Shown piece by piece: positions 50,470 to 62,360 of a stretch of 64,000 bases of DNA (the first letter of the stretch is position 1; each line of letters opens with the position of its first letter). Location of the stretch: assembly GCF_006345805.1 (NCBI RefSeq), contig NC_043009.1, forward strand, positions 1,612,001-1,676,000, read 5' to 3'. The notes under the pieces were generated by a model, which did no database searches, was not told the DNA's origin, and saw nothing but the letters and a program-made list of their open reading frames with translations. This DNA is from Octopus sinensis (Eukaryota). Made by a program: the position numbers and the translations under genes.

Positions 50470-50925
50470 TGTTTGGCATAATTCTACTATAGGCACGAGG
50501 CCTGAAATTATTCAGGTGGTGATAGGGGAGGACTAGTTGATTACACTGACCCAGATGCTCAACTGGTACTTATTTTATCAATCCTGAAAGAATGAAAGGT
50601 AATGTCAACTTTGGTAGAATTTAAACTCACACCATACAAATGGATGAAATGCTGCTAACTGTTTTCTCTGGCTCGCTAAAGATTCTCACTGCCATAATAA
50701 TAATAATAATAATCCTTTCTCCTGTAGGCACAAGGCCTGAAATCTGAGGGGGTGGGGATAGTCGATTACCTTGGCTCCAGTACACAGCTGGTACTTATTT
50801 TATTGACCCTGAAAGAATGAAAGGCAAAGTCGGCTTTGGCGGAATTTGAACTCAGAATGTGAAGACAGATGAAATACTGCTTAGCATTTCACCCAGCATG
50901 CTAATGGTTCAGCCAGCTTGCTACC

Positions 50926-50968
<43 letters not shown>

Positions 50969-51410
50969 TAATAATTTTATTCAATTGGCACAAGGCCTGA
51001 AATTTTGAGAGTGGAGATTAGCCAATAGCATTGACCCCCTCCCCAAGTACTCAACTGGTACTTATTAACTTTGAAAGGATGAAAGGCAATGTTGATCTTG
51101 GTGAAATTTGAACTCAGAACATAAAGATGGACAAAATACCACTTAGCATTTTACCCAGTGTGCTAACGATTCTACCAGTTTGCTACCATAATAATAATAA
51201 TAATTTCATTCAATCGGCACAAGGCCTGAAATTTTGAGAGAGGGGATTATCCAATAACATTGACCTACCCCAGTACTCAACTGGTACTTATTAACTCTGA
51301 AAGGATGAAAAGCAATGTTGACCTCGGCCGAATTTGAACCCAGAATGTAAAGACAGGCGAAATGCATTATGTCTAGCGTGCTAATGATTCTGCCGTTTCG
51401 CCACCTGTTG
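50470..51410 (-). mobile_element. Four head-to-tail SINE B2 copies separated by (AAT)n
   Basis: Units ~50485-50693, 50712-50926, 50975-51190 and 51205-51408. Confidence 0.85.
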
Positions 51411-52076
51411 GAAATAATAGGAAAAAAATCTCTCAAAATCAACACACTGCGATCTTAACTCAAGAAAAGACACACCAGATAACGTAATCATTGCCATACC
51501 ACTGAAATGACAGGATGGTCATGGATGGAGCAAATTTGTAGTCATAAAGCGACTCAGTCAGAGAAGACCCTGGGTTAACAATAAGTGTAACCATAACAAC
51601 AGCATCAACAGTAAAAACCATATTGGAAGTTGTGAGCTACCTTAGGTGCCTCTATGTGGTTGTTTGACTTGCTAGAATTAGCAGTAAAATCTCCCTCAAG
51701 TCATACCCCACTGTCGAAAAATAGAAAAAAATAAAGGGACATGTTGGCTAATGTAGACCCTGAAGTATAAAAAGCTGGGGTGGTCATGGCAAGAAGAACC
51801 CATCCTGGAGCTAATCTACTGTAACAACTTTATATATATATATACAAATATACACACACAAATATATATATACCTATAAACACATGCACAAATGCACACA
51901 TATACGCAAACACATACCTGTACACAAATACATAAACACATATAGATACACATATATACATACACAGATACATGTATATACACACGAATAAGCACATAAA
52001 TGCAAAACAAGGTGGGAAAAATAGTACTTGACTACCGAAGGCAGAGTAATATGCTTTATTATTAAAAGCTGATCAC

Positions 52077-52116
52077 AACTGTCCAAGGAACAGAAACATG
52101 AAACTGAGTATCAGTT
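52077..52116 (+). ncRNA. Decayed minimal hammerhead-like motif inside a short inverted-repeat element
   Basis: AACTGT-CCAAGGA-ACA GAAA CAT-GAA-ACTGAGT-A-TCAGTT, flanked by the inverted repeat TTATTAAAAGCTG (52059) / CAGCTTTAATAA (52131). Confidence 0.35.
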
Positions 52117-52208
52117 TTGAGATATTTTTACAGCTTTAATAAAAAAAAGTATATATATATATACACACACGCACACACATGCATTCATATATGCACAGAT
52201 TCACATAT

Positions 52209-52244
<36 letters not shown>

Positions 52245-52333
52245 GTACACACATTTATATGTGTGTAAACATATATATCATATATATATATATATCATAT
52301 ATATATATACATACACACATTTATATGTGTGTA

Positions 52334-52376
<43 letters not shown>

Positions 52377-52825
52377 TCATTTCAAGAGAGGAAAGATATA
52401 CAAAACTAACAGAAATGTAAAGAATTTTATGAAAACAGTTTTTTTTCTTCATTACCTTCTCTTGTCTTTGGGTTGTGTTGTAGACTTGTTCCTTTCTCAT
52501 AAGATTTTGGTAAACTTTCCGATATTGACACTGTATACCAAAAGTAGTAGATGCCATAAAAAAAATTCAAAATATATCTATATAGATATACATATATATT
52601 GATAGATATATATGTATATATTTAAAAATAAACGAATATATCTGTATATGTTTATATGTGTATATATATATGCTATTTTATAAAAATTCTATGTGTATTA
52701 TATAATTATATACACAAGTGTTGTGTGTGCATAATATGTATATTTATCATGTATATATCCAAAACAGTGGTACAGAATTCCAAGATTGACAGAGAAAATA
52801 TAACTTTAAATTCTTCCTTCAAAAG

Positions 52826-53035
52826 GTACCGTTACCTGTTACGCAGCCATGGTACCGACAAACTGCAAGAAATTGGTATTTCAGGGGCTCGTTCTTTTCT
52901 TTCTTTCTAGTTGATATTGAGGCTTATTTTTGGGAGCTGGTTTTGATTTCCTTTAGGGGTCTGACAGTTATGTTTTAATATCTAAACACATATATATATT
53001 TACATATATAATATATATATATATATATATAATTA

Positions 53036-53074
<39 letters not shown>

Positions 53075-53265
53075 TTATATAAAAATTTGTTGTTTCTGTC
53101 TTACTTTTATTTTAAGTTCCTTCAGTTAGGGGGGGGGTCCAGAGGGGGTAGTTTTGTTTTGCCTTTTTGTGTTTCTTTTCTTTTCCTTTTCTTTTCTTAG
53201 TACCCCACACTGACAAGAATTATAACAACAGCAGCCGAATTAGAGGCAGCAGCAGTGTGCTGTAA
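52826..53265 (+). CDS. Candidate last two exons (52826-52875 and 53201-53265): YRYLLRSHGTDKLQEI/VPHTDKNYNNSSRIRGSSSVL*
   Basis: Phase-compatible AG/GT sites and a very strong polypyrimidine tract before 53201. No recognisable homology, and a competing minus-strand model exists. Confidence 0.2.
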
Positions 53266-54949
53266 GAAGAAGAAATCAGCACCAAGGACGACGGCAAGGA
53301 AGACCCCCACCACAGTGACGGCGGCGACCACGAAGATGTCTGAATGCCAGCACTTCACAAGCCAGAGAGCAGCAGACTCCTTCCTTTCCTTCAACTCCAC
53401 CCACTTAACTTATAATAAAAACTTTTCCTATATTAAGACTACCTTAACTAGCTTGCACTCATAATAAGCCTTTCTTTCCTTCTTTCTTTACCTCCTCCCC
53501 TGCCTTCCGTTACTTAGTCTTAGTCTTTCTCCCCCCGCCACCACCACCATCATCTTTTTCTCTTTACTCCTTGCTTTATTTCTTCTTATTCCTTTTTATT
53601 TTCTTCCTCTCCTCTCCCCTTTACTTTCTCTCTTCAGCACACTCATACACACTCTCTCTCGTTTGCCGTTTCTATCTCTCTACCCTCCTCCCTCAACCTT
53701 TACACACACGTTCACGTACACACACACACACACATATATGCATGTATATACACAGAGAGAGAGAGAGAGAGAGGGAGAAAAGAAAGGAGAAAGAAAGATA
53801 AGAGTCAAAAATGGCACAAAGATGGTACTTGGGAATAATATAATATATATTCTATAGGTAAGTGGAAAGAAATATGGAAGAAGCAGACGATAGAGATATA
53901 ATGAGAGTAATTAATACATTCAGTGATATTTATTTATTACTTTATCCTCTATATTTTTTCACTTATCCTTCTCTATCTTCATCTATCTTTTCCATTCTTC
54001 ACATCATTCCCTTACCCCACCCCGTCTCTTTTCTCATCTTACCCACCATGACCACCACCACCACACATTCATACTCACTCTTTTCTTTTCATTTCCTCTC
54101 TTTCCCAATCTTCCTTTCCTCTCTCTCTCTCTCTCTTTCTGTTTTATTTCTCATACTGTCCTCTTCACCTCATACTATCACCTCTTTCCCTCTCTTCATA
54201 AAACTCTTCCCTTTCTCTGTGTCTCTCTCTCTCTCTCTCCTTATTAACTTCTGTGTATGTATGCTTCTCTCTCTCTCTCTGCTTTTTTTACTTCATTCCT
54301 TTATCTAACACCTCACATCCCTCCAAGTCACCTACACAGCTGCCTGTCGGGGAGGGGGGTCTATCTCTGTCTATCTTCATCTCTATATATCTCACTTTTT
54401 ATTGCAACCCACATATCTCTCCAGCATCCACTTCTACAATATCTTCCCTCATCTTCATCATTCTCAATATCTTCATCACCACCACCACCGTTATCATCAT
54501 TACTATCATTACCATCTCCGCACCTCTCCGTACCACCTTCCCTCTTTCGCATTCTTTACACCACTCACTCACAATATTCTACTCTATTTGCATATTCCTC
54601 AAATCTCTCTCTCTCTCCCCATCTGTCTTACTATCTGTGACCATATATATATACATATACATATATATATATATATATATGTGTGTATGTGTATATCTAT
54701 ATCAATGACCCAAACAGATGTCAGTGGGAACTCCAGAGCAAACACTGGATCTGCTCAGATGAATTATTATTGTCTGCCATGCTATTAATTATTTTCACTT
54801 CCTTCATTAAGTTTATATACGGATCTACACACACACACACATTCCTGGAGAGAAAGACATGATTTACAGCTAATGTAACTTAGAATCCGTGTCCTCTTGC
54901 AGGCATATATCTATATTTATATTAAAGCAATGCAGTTAATGTCCGGTCA

Positions 54950-55013
54950 TAGAATGACCAATGGTTTCACACCCATGAACGCTGTAGCCTCCTGGATGTC
55001 TCGTCAGATTCTA
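54950..55013 (-). ncRNA. Type I hammerhead ribozyme motif
   Basis: Minus strand: stem I UAGAAU/AUUCUA, core CUGACGA, stem II (G)ACAUCC/GGGUGU, GAA, stem III ACCA-U-UGGU, GUC cleavage triplet (cut between 54956 and 54955). Confidence 0.8.
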
Positions 55014-55121
55014 AAGCCAAAGACACATATATATATGTAGGTCCCGGGTTGGGTCGGGGTTAACCACAGTAAATAAGGTACTCAATACATAGCAGAGTAA
55101 ATTAATTTATTTTATAGAAGG

Positions 55122-55172
55122 AGCTTCTACAGGACTAGAACTGTTTCATTCAAATGAAATCTTCAGGAAGCT
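55122..55172 (-). ncRNA. Type I hammerhead ribozyme motif (CUGAAGA core)
   Basis: Mirror image of 55227-55277 with N7 = A. Confidence 0.75.
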
Positions 55173-55226
55173 TGGTGTCAAGAATAGTTTTGACATGTAT
55201 AAATGCCAAAACTATTCTTGACACCA

Positions 55227-55277
55227 AGCTTCCTGATGATTTCATTTGAATGAAACAGTTCTAGTCCTGTAGAAGCT
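55227..55277 (+). ncRNA. Type I hammerhead ribozyme motif (CUGAUGA core)
   Basis: Stem I AGCUUC/GAAGCU, CUGAUGA (55233-55239), stem II U-UUC-AUUU-GAA-U, GAA, stem III ACAG/CUGU, GUA cleavage after 55271. Confidence 0.78.
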
Positions 55278-55307
55278 CCTTCTATAAAATAAATATATAT
55301 ATATATA

Positions 55308-55444
55308 TGTTAGGAAGGGCATCCAGCTGTAGAAACACTGCCAGATCAGACTGGAGCCTGGTGCAGCCTTCTGGCTTCCCAGATCCCTGGTCGAACCGTC
55401 CAACCCATGCTAGCATGGAGAACGGACGTTAAACGATGATGATG

Positions 55445-55445
<1 letters not shown>
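55308..55445 (+). mobile_element. RTE 3' tail in (TA)n
   Basis: Near-identical to the LINE 3' end. Confidence 0.9.
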
Positions 55446-55503
<58 letters not shown>

Positions 55504-55505
<2 letters not shown>

Positions 55506-55858
55506 GGAGTGGCTGTGTGGTAAGAAGCTGGCTTCCCAACACATGGTCCTGGGTTCAGTACCACTGTGTGGCACCTTCGGCAAATGTCTTCTACTGTAGC
55601 CTTGGGCCGACTAAAGCCTTGTGAGTGGATTTAGTAGACGGAAACTGAAAGAAACCTGCCATGTATATGTATATGCATTTGTGTGTCTGTTCCTCCACCA
55701 TCGCTTGTTCACCAGCGTTGGTGTGTTTGCTTCCCTTTAACTTAATGGTTTGGCAAAAGAGACCAATAAAATAAGTACTAGGCTTAAAGATTTGTTTGAC
55801 TAAAGGCAGTGCTCCAGCATGGCCACAGTCAAATGACTGAAACAAATAAAAGAGTAAA
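55504..55858 (+). mobile_element. CORE-type SINE A
   Basis: Family similarity. Confidence 0.8.
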
Positions 55859-55984
55859 AGGGGTGATGTAGTACTTATTCTACGAGTTCTCTTTTGCCAA
55901 ACTGCTAAGTTACAGGTACATAAACTCACCAACATCAGTGGTGGGGACAAACACAGACACAAATACATACATATATGTGTGTGT

Positions 55985-56285
55985 AGAGGCACATGGCCTA
56001 GCGGTTAGAGCAGTGGACTCGCAGTCGAGGGATCACAGGTTCGAATCTCAGACCGGGCGATGTGTGTGTTTATGAGTGAAACACCTAAGCTCCACGCGGC
56101 TCTGGCAGAAGGTAATGGGGAACTTCTACTGACACTTTCGCCACAAGTTTCTCTCACTCTTTCCTCCTGCATTTTGCAGCTCACCTGCAAAGGACCGGTG
56201 TCCCGTCCAGGTGAGGAACCTATATGCCAAGGAAACCGGGAAACCAGCCCTTATGAGCCAAGCATGGCTTGAGGAGGAAGAAACA
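55985..56285 (+). mobile_element. SINE family E (V-domain-like)
   Basis: GGCACATGGCCTAGCGGTTAGAGC, GGTTCGAATCTC and GACCGGTGTCCCGTCCAG motifs. Confidence 0.75.
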
Positions 56286-56559
56286 CACATCTTCCCTTCT
56301 TTCCTGAGCGTCCAATAATACTTTAATTGTTCCACATCCTCGCGTTGTTGTCTTTTTGTTTTCTTGTTTGGATTAACTTTATATATATATATATATAGTG
56401 GGACTGAACCTGGAACCATGTGGTTGGTAAGCAAGCTACTTACCACACAGCCACTCCTGCATCAAGATATCATATAAATAATACGCTCGGATAAACTGGT
56501 TAGGACATTCCTGGCACAGAATCTCAGCATCTATTTTGGCTCTTGGTCATCTTTTTCCT

Positions 56560-56712
56560 GTGGTTCAGCATGCTGAAATTCAGCCTTTCCCAGTTCTTTA
56601 ACCCATCTTCCTTCAGCTGACTCTTCTACAGACTCCTTCTGCTTGGAACACTTCTTCCAACTCGAATTCTTCATTTGCATCAAGTGTCCACATTAGAGTA
56701 GTCTTCTCTCTT
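56560..56712 (-). mobile_element. Old RTE C-terminal fragment
   Basis: RRLL*CGHLMQM...KKC resembles RRLRWYGHVLRM...KKC of the intact copy. Confidence 0.5.
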
Positions 56713-56719
56713 ATGTAAG

Positions 56720-57060
56720 GTAAAGGGTAAAGACCCCCAGCAGTCATGAATGACCATGGGATTGCACCTAGAAAGTTCTCCTCTAAGGAACAAGTCTGGG
56801 CAAGGTTGTTTATGGAAGACCAGCAGTCGCCCATGCATACCAGCCATGCTGTCTCCATGGCACCAATGTTATCCAAGGGAAAAGTGAAGACAGATACAGC
56901 TTGGCACCAGTGATGTCACAACTCATTTCTACAGCTGAGTGAACTGCAGCAATGTGAAATAAAGTGTCTTGTTCAAGAACACAATACATAGCCTGGTCCA
57001 GGAATCGAACTCACTACCACATGACTGTGAGCCCAACACTCTAACTACTGAGCCATTTCA
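56720..57060 (-). mobile_element. SINE family C
   Basis: Similarity to 4143-4450. Confidence 0.85.
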
Positions 57061-57436
57061 TTCATTCACCATTCATGTTTACCCTCTCTCAGCTCTGATG
57101 TCATGCATGCCTCTTCCTTCTCACTTCAGCACATCCTCTTCGTGTCTTGCTAATTTGCAATAAATCACTACATTTATCTATCACTTGTTTCAGTCATTGG
57201 GCTATGGCCATGCTGGAGCACCACCTTGAGGGGTTTAGGTGAACAACTTGAACTCAATACACTTTATTTCAATGACTGGTGGCTTATTCTATTAGTCTCT
57301 TTTGCTGAATCACTAAGTTGCAGGGATTTAAACAAACCAACACCAGCTGTCAAGCAGTGGGGGGGGGGTGACAAACACAAACACCACACACGTGTTTGTG
57401 TGTGTGTGTGTATATATATAACATATATATATATAT

Positions 57437-57790
57437 AGGCGCAGGAGTGGCTGTGTGGTAAGTAGCTTGCTTACGAGCCACATGGTTACAGGTTCAGTCC
57501 CGCTGCATAGCACCTTGGGCAAGTGTCTCCTACTATAGCCTCGGGCTATAGTGGATTTGGTAGATGGAAACTGAAAGAAGCCTGTTGTATGTATATATAT
57601 TTATGTGTATGTCTCAACATCGCTTGACAACTGATGCTGGTGTGTTTGCGTCCCCGTAACTTAGTGGTTCAGCAAAAGAGACTGATAGAATAAGTACTAG
57701 GATTACAAAGAATAAGTCCTGGGGTCGATTTGCTCAATTCAAGGCAGTGCTCCAGCATGGCCACAGTCAAATGACTGAAAGAATAAAAGA
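57437..57790 (+). mobile_element. CORE-type SINE A
   Basis: Family similarity. Confidence 0.85.
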
Positions 57791-58039
57791 ATATATATGT
57801 ATAGATATATAGACACACAAACACACACGATAGATTCCCACGTTGTCTGTGTCTACCAAAATTCCTTCACAAGGCATTGGTTGGTCTGGGGCTAAAAATC
57901 CCAAAGGTATTACACAATGGGACTGAACCTGGAATCACATGGTTGCAAAGCAAGTTTGTTTTTTTTTTAACAACATGGCCATACTTGAGTCTGCTTCACA
58001 AAGAATTACCATACAACTTGTCCTTCACAATAACAGAAA

Positions 58040-58320
58040 AAAAAGAAAACACTCTTATGACACAAAGGTTAAAGTTCTCTGAACTTTCTCACTCAGGTAA
58101 GCTCTGTTTTCGCACCACCCACCTTCATTACTGATTAAGTCATCCTGGTAACAAAACCTACCTGCTAATTCCAGTTGGTCTTCTGAACAGTTGACTAATT
58201 GCATGTCTTGTGTGATCTTACTACTAACCGCTCCTGTGCACCTGTTACAGATCAAGTTCTTCACAGTCAACCTGCAGAAGATTCCACTGCACCTTTTCTT
58301 TTTTGCACATAGCAAAATAC
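58040..58320 (-). mobile_element. Old RTE fragment covering the second half of the PHD finger and RT motif 7
   Basis: KRCSGIFCRLTVKNLICNRCTGAV...LELAGRFCYQDDLISNEGG aligns to KRCSNIKGKLTDKIAFMCGRCTGTI...LEVVDSFRYLGDQVSSGGG. Confidence 0.75.
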
Positions 58321-58669
58321 TAAGATAAATTTAATCAGGTAAACCATTCCTTCAAAATGACTGGCCTAGCGTCTAAATTACTATTATTATTATTTATTCA
58401 TCATCATCGTTTAACGCCCGTTTTCCATGCTGGCATGGGTTGGACGGCTTGACTGAGATCTAGAAAGCCAGCTGCTGCACCAAGCTCCAGTCTGATCTGG
58501 ATGCCCTTCCTAACGCCAACCACTTCGAGATTGAAGTGGGTGCTTTCTATGTGACGCCGGCACAGGAGCCAGTCAGGCCAGCCTGGTACCAATCATGTTC
58601 GGATAGTGCTGTTTACATGCCACTGGCACGGGAGCCAGTTAGGGGATACTGGCATATTATTATTATTAT

Positions 58670-58930
58670 TATAATGTAGGTGTGAGAGGCAGGATCTGGT
58701 TGGTTTAAAAATGAAGCAAAAGGAAGATTTGGGCCAGATATTGCTGATTTAAATGCCAAAGGTTAAACGGACTTAAAAATCTTCCATCAAAATTCCATGT
58801 CAATTTATTTATATGTCAGATACCAGCTAAATAATGACAGTTATTTTATTGAATCCTTCATTATTTATCAAAAAAATAGTTGAAAAAGAAGCAATGAGTT
58901 TCAATAGAAATATGGTAACAAAAGGGTAAA
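58670..58930. mobile_element. Abutting fragments of piggyBac-like MITE families 1 and 2
   Basis: 58670-58767 matches the right half of 17143-17358; 58770-58930 matches the right part of 27208-27412. Confidence 0.55.
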
Positions 58931-59112
58931 ATTCGTTTTTAATTATTTTCTTTTAACAATTAAATATGTCTTGTAAGTTATTTAGCATTAATTATTCAGT
59001 GAGAGCAATTAAAGCATTATTATATTCAAATAACCATCTACATTATATATTTAATGTATATACACTGTTGACAGGTAAGTTACTGCGATTTCCATCCAAG
59101 ATAAAAGTTTAT

Positions 59113-59115
<3 letters not shown>

Positions 59116-59177
<62 letters not shown>

Positions 59178-59244
59178 GATGTAGATAGTGAAATAGAGTG
59201 ATGGATAGAAAGAGATAGATGGAGCAATAGAGAGAGAGAGACAG

Positions 59245-59287
<43 letters not shown>

Positions 59288-59407
59288 GAGAGAGATAGCT
59301 GGAGAGAGAGAGAGAGATAAATGAAGTGAGAGATAGATAGAGATAGATATAGGTGGAAAGATAGATGGAGTGATAGAGAGATAAAGAGAAAGAGACAGAG
59401 AAAGAGA

Positions 59408-59475
<68 letters not shown>

Positions 59476-59530
59476 GAGTGTTAGATATAGAGAGACAAAT
59501 CGATATAGACAGAGAGATAGATATAAAATA
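59116..59530. repeat. GA/GATA/CA/TA compound microsatellite
   Basis: Direct inspection. Confidence 0.9.
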
Positions 59531-60493
59531 GACAACTCAATCAATAGATTTAGAAACAAGTGTTCATAATTAGAACCAAAGAACAGGTTTAATAGTTTGA
59601 TCTTCTCTTGACATACATCGTGTTCTTACTTGAGCCTCCCACCCACACCACCATTTACAGAACTATTATGAGAACCTCAAGTACCATTGCTACCGTTAGT
59701 AGTACAATCCTTATCATCCGGATTACCACCATCGGCTACATAATAAAACATTACACCAACACCACTGCAATTTAGGACCCCAATCGCCATGCCCACTGCC
59801 GCCATCACCAACACCACCCTCCAATAACAAAAACCTATCAGGTGTCAGAGCCAAGGAAAGAATCTCTAAGTGGTTTCTTGACCTGCTACAAATAGCAGTT
59901 AAATTCCGTCAGATCACACCCTGGAATGTCTTTGGTTATAATCATATCTGCTTGATTAGAACTGACAACAACAAAAAAAACATTGAGGGGGGGGGAGTGT
60001 CAATGTTATTTATTGCTTGTGCTGAAAGAAAAAAGAACAACCACATCTCCCTCAAATCACAACTGGTATTGGAAAGAACACTGAAATCTCAGATTTTTTA
60101 TTAAACTGCTTTACCACAAAAGAACAAACACCAAGATAGTGTTGCTCTTGTTGCTCTTGGACTAAGTATGACAGCAGCAGTGGTCAAGATGTTGGCTGGT
60201 CATTGTGTGATGCTGCTGACCTCTGTCCATTGCTTTTGTGGTGTCACAGAACTCAGGTCAGCTCCTGCTTCTGCTATTATATATATTTTTCTTTTATTTG
60301 TTTTAGTCATTTGACTGCGGCCATGCTGGAGCACCGCCTTTTAGTTGAAGAAATCGACCCCAGGACTTATTCTTTGTAAGCCTGATACCTATTCTGCTAG
60401 GCCCCTTTGACAAACTGCTAAATTACAGGGATGTAAACACACTGACATTGGTTGTCAAGCGATGGTGGGGGACAAACATAGACACAAAGGCAC

Positions 60494-60567
<74 letters not shown>

Positions 60568-60779
60568 TTTAAAAAAACCCACCTTTTATCAATTCAATAA
60601 TGAAAAATTAAATTATACCATTTAGAAAAATTACATCTTATAGAAAGATTAAATATAAGGTAAAACATATAACAATGATTAAGTAATGTGTAAAATAATA
60701 AATAAAACGCATATATTTGATTTAGTATTTCTAAATTGAATTTTTCCCTGTAAGTTTGGAATAATATTCCTTCATATTA

Positions 60780-61320
60780 TTATACCACCACCACCATTGC
60801 TCTACTATCTGCAATACTACCACCATCAACTATCCAACACACCAACAACACTACAACCTCTACTGTGATTATGAACTATCATCTTTATCATTACCGCCGC
60901 CGCCACCATCATCATCATCATCATCATCATCGTAAACATTCCCCCTCCCACTTTCCCATTGGTACTATCACCTCCATTGTTATCCTCACACCATATCAAC
61001 TCCCATCATCTGCCCAACCACCACCATCCACCAGCATGGCTGCCACCACCATCATCATCATCAACCACTGCTACCACTGTCATAATCTACCACCACTGCC
61101 TGCAGACATCACCATCCACCACCACCACCACCACCGCCGCCGCCGCCACCATCATGGACCATATCTATCACTCCTCCCTAGACCATCACAACCTGGTATT
61201 CTCCACCACCATAACCAAAGCATCCTCCCCTTCAACGACCCTCCACCACTACCACTATAATCATACCATCCCCACCTCTCTCCCACACCACCACCACCAC
61301 CACCACCAGTACTGCCATAA
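60780..61320. repeat. ACC/ATC low-complexity tract
   Basis: Degenerate triplet repeats. Confidence 0.75.
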
Positions 61321-61604
61321 CCAGTAGTTATTCAGAACCCCCCACACCACTTCACTCCCCTGTGTTTATTTTCAGCACACTTCTGTAAATGTAGCCAGAA
61401 GTTCATGACCTTGGGTCATGCAAAATAAATCTTAACAACAACAGCAACAACAACAGCATCAGCAACCACCACCACCACCACAAATAGCAACAACAGTAAT
61501 AACAAAGAGCCAACATAAAAAGCCTTCACATGGTAACTTAATCTGCTAGAAATACTAACTAAAATCACACCACATAAAAGAAAAGGGTGGGACACCTTTT
61601 ACCT

Positions 61605-62360
61605 TTTATCTTTTTACTTGTTTCTGGTTATTAAAGTGTGGCCATGCTGGAGCACTGCTTTGAAGGATTTTTAGTTGAATAAATTGATCCTGGTAATTAT
61701 TTTTTTAAGCCTTGTACTTATTCTATAGGTCTCTCTTTTTAGCTGAATCATTAAGTTATAGGGATGTAAACAAACCAACACCAGTTGTTGAGCTGTGGTG
61801 AGGGACAAACACAGACACACATATGCACACATACATATGCACGCACACACACACACACACACACACTGGGCTTCCACACAGTTTCCATCTACCAAATTCA
61901 CTCACAAAGCTATGACAGGCTTGGGACCATAGTAATTTTACGGACCTTGCACACTCCGGTAATTGCCCTTGTGTAAGGCTCTTAGAGGGTCCCTGCCTGT
62001 CATACTTGACCCTGTCCAATCATTTAGGGACTGTTAAAGATTGCCTTTGTGTATTTTGTCTTGGGCAGTGGTTCTCAACCAGGGTCCACAACATGTTTGG
62101 GGTTCCATCTGCAATAAATTGCACAGGCATGGCTGTGCGGTAAGAAGCTTGCTTCTGAACCGCATGGTTCCTGGTTCAGTCCCACTGCATGGTACCTTGG
62201 GCAAGTGTCCTCTGCTATAGCTTCGTGTTGACCAAGGCCTTGTGCATGGATTTGGTAGACGGAAACTGAAAGAACCCCATCGTATATTCTTTTATTTGTT
62301 TCAGTCATTCAATTGTGGCCATGCTGGAGTACCGCTTGTTGGGGTTTTAGTCAAACAAAT
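61605..62360. mobile_element. SINE A copies (-, 61605-61925; +, 62125-62285; - tail, 62285-62360) and a hAT-TIR-like stub at 62066
   Basis: Family motifs; CAGTGGTTCTCAACC at 62066. Confidence 0.7.

Larger units (their letters stand above)
55105..55294. repeat. 88-bp near-perfect inverted repeat (one mismatch), Penelope-like inverted terminal repeat
   Basis: 55105-55192 versus 55207-55294, with a one-sided extension at 55037-55104 and flanking (TA)n. Confidence 0.95.

Noticed and set aside
58991-59075. Exon with a perfect CAG|GTAAGT donor (VRAIKALLYSNN...)
   Set aside because: Very AT-rich, lies after the putative stop exon, and has no homology; a chance splice-like match is likely.
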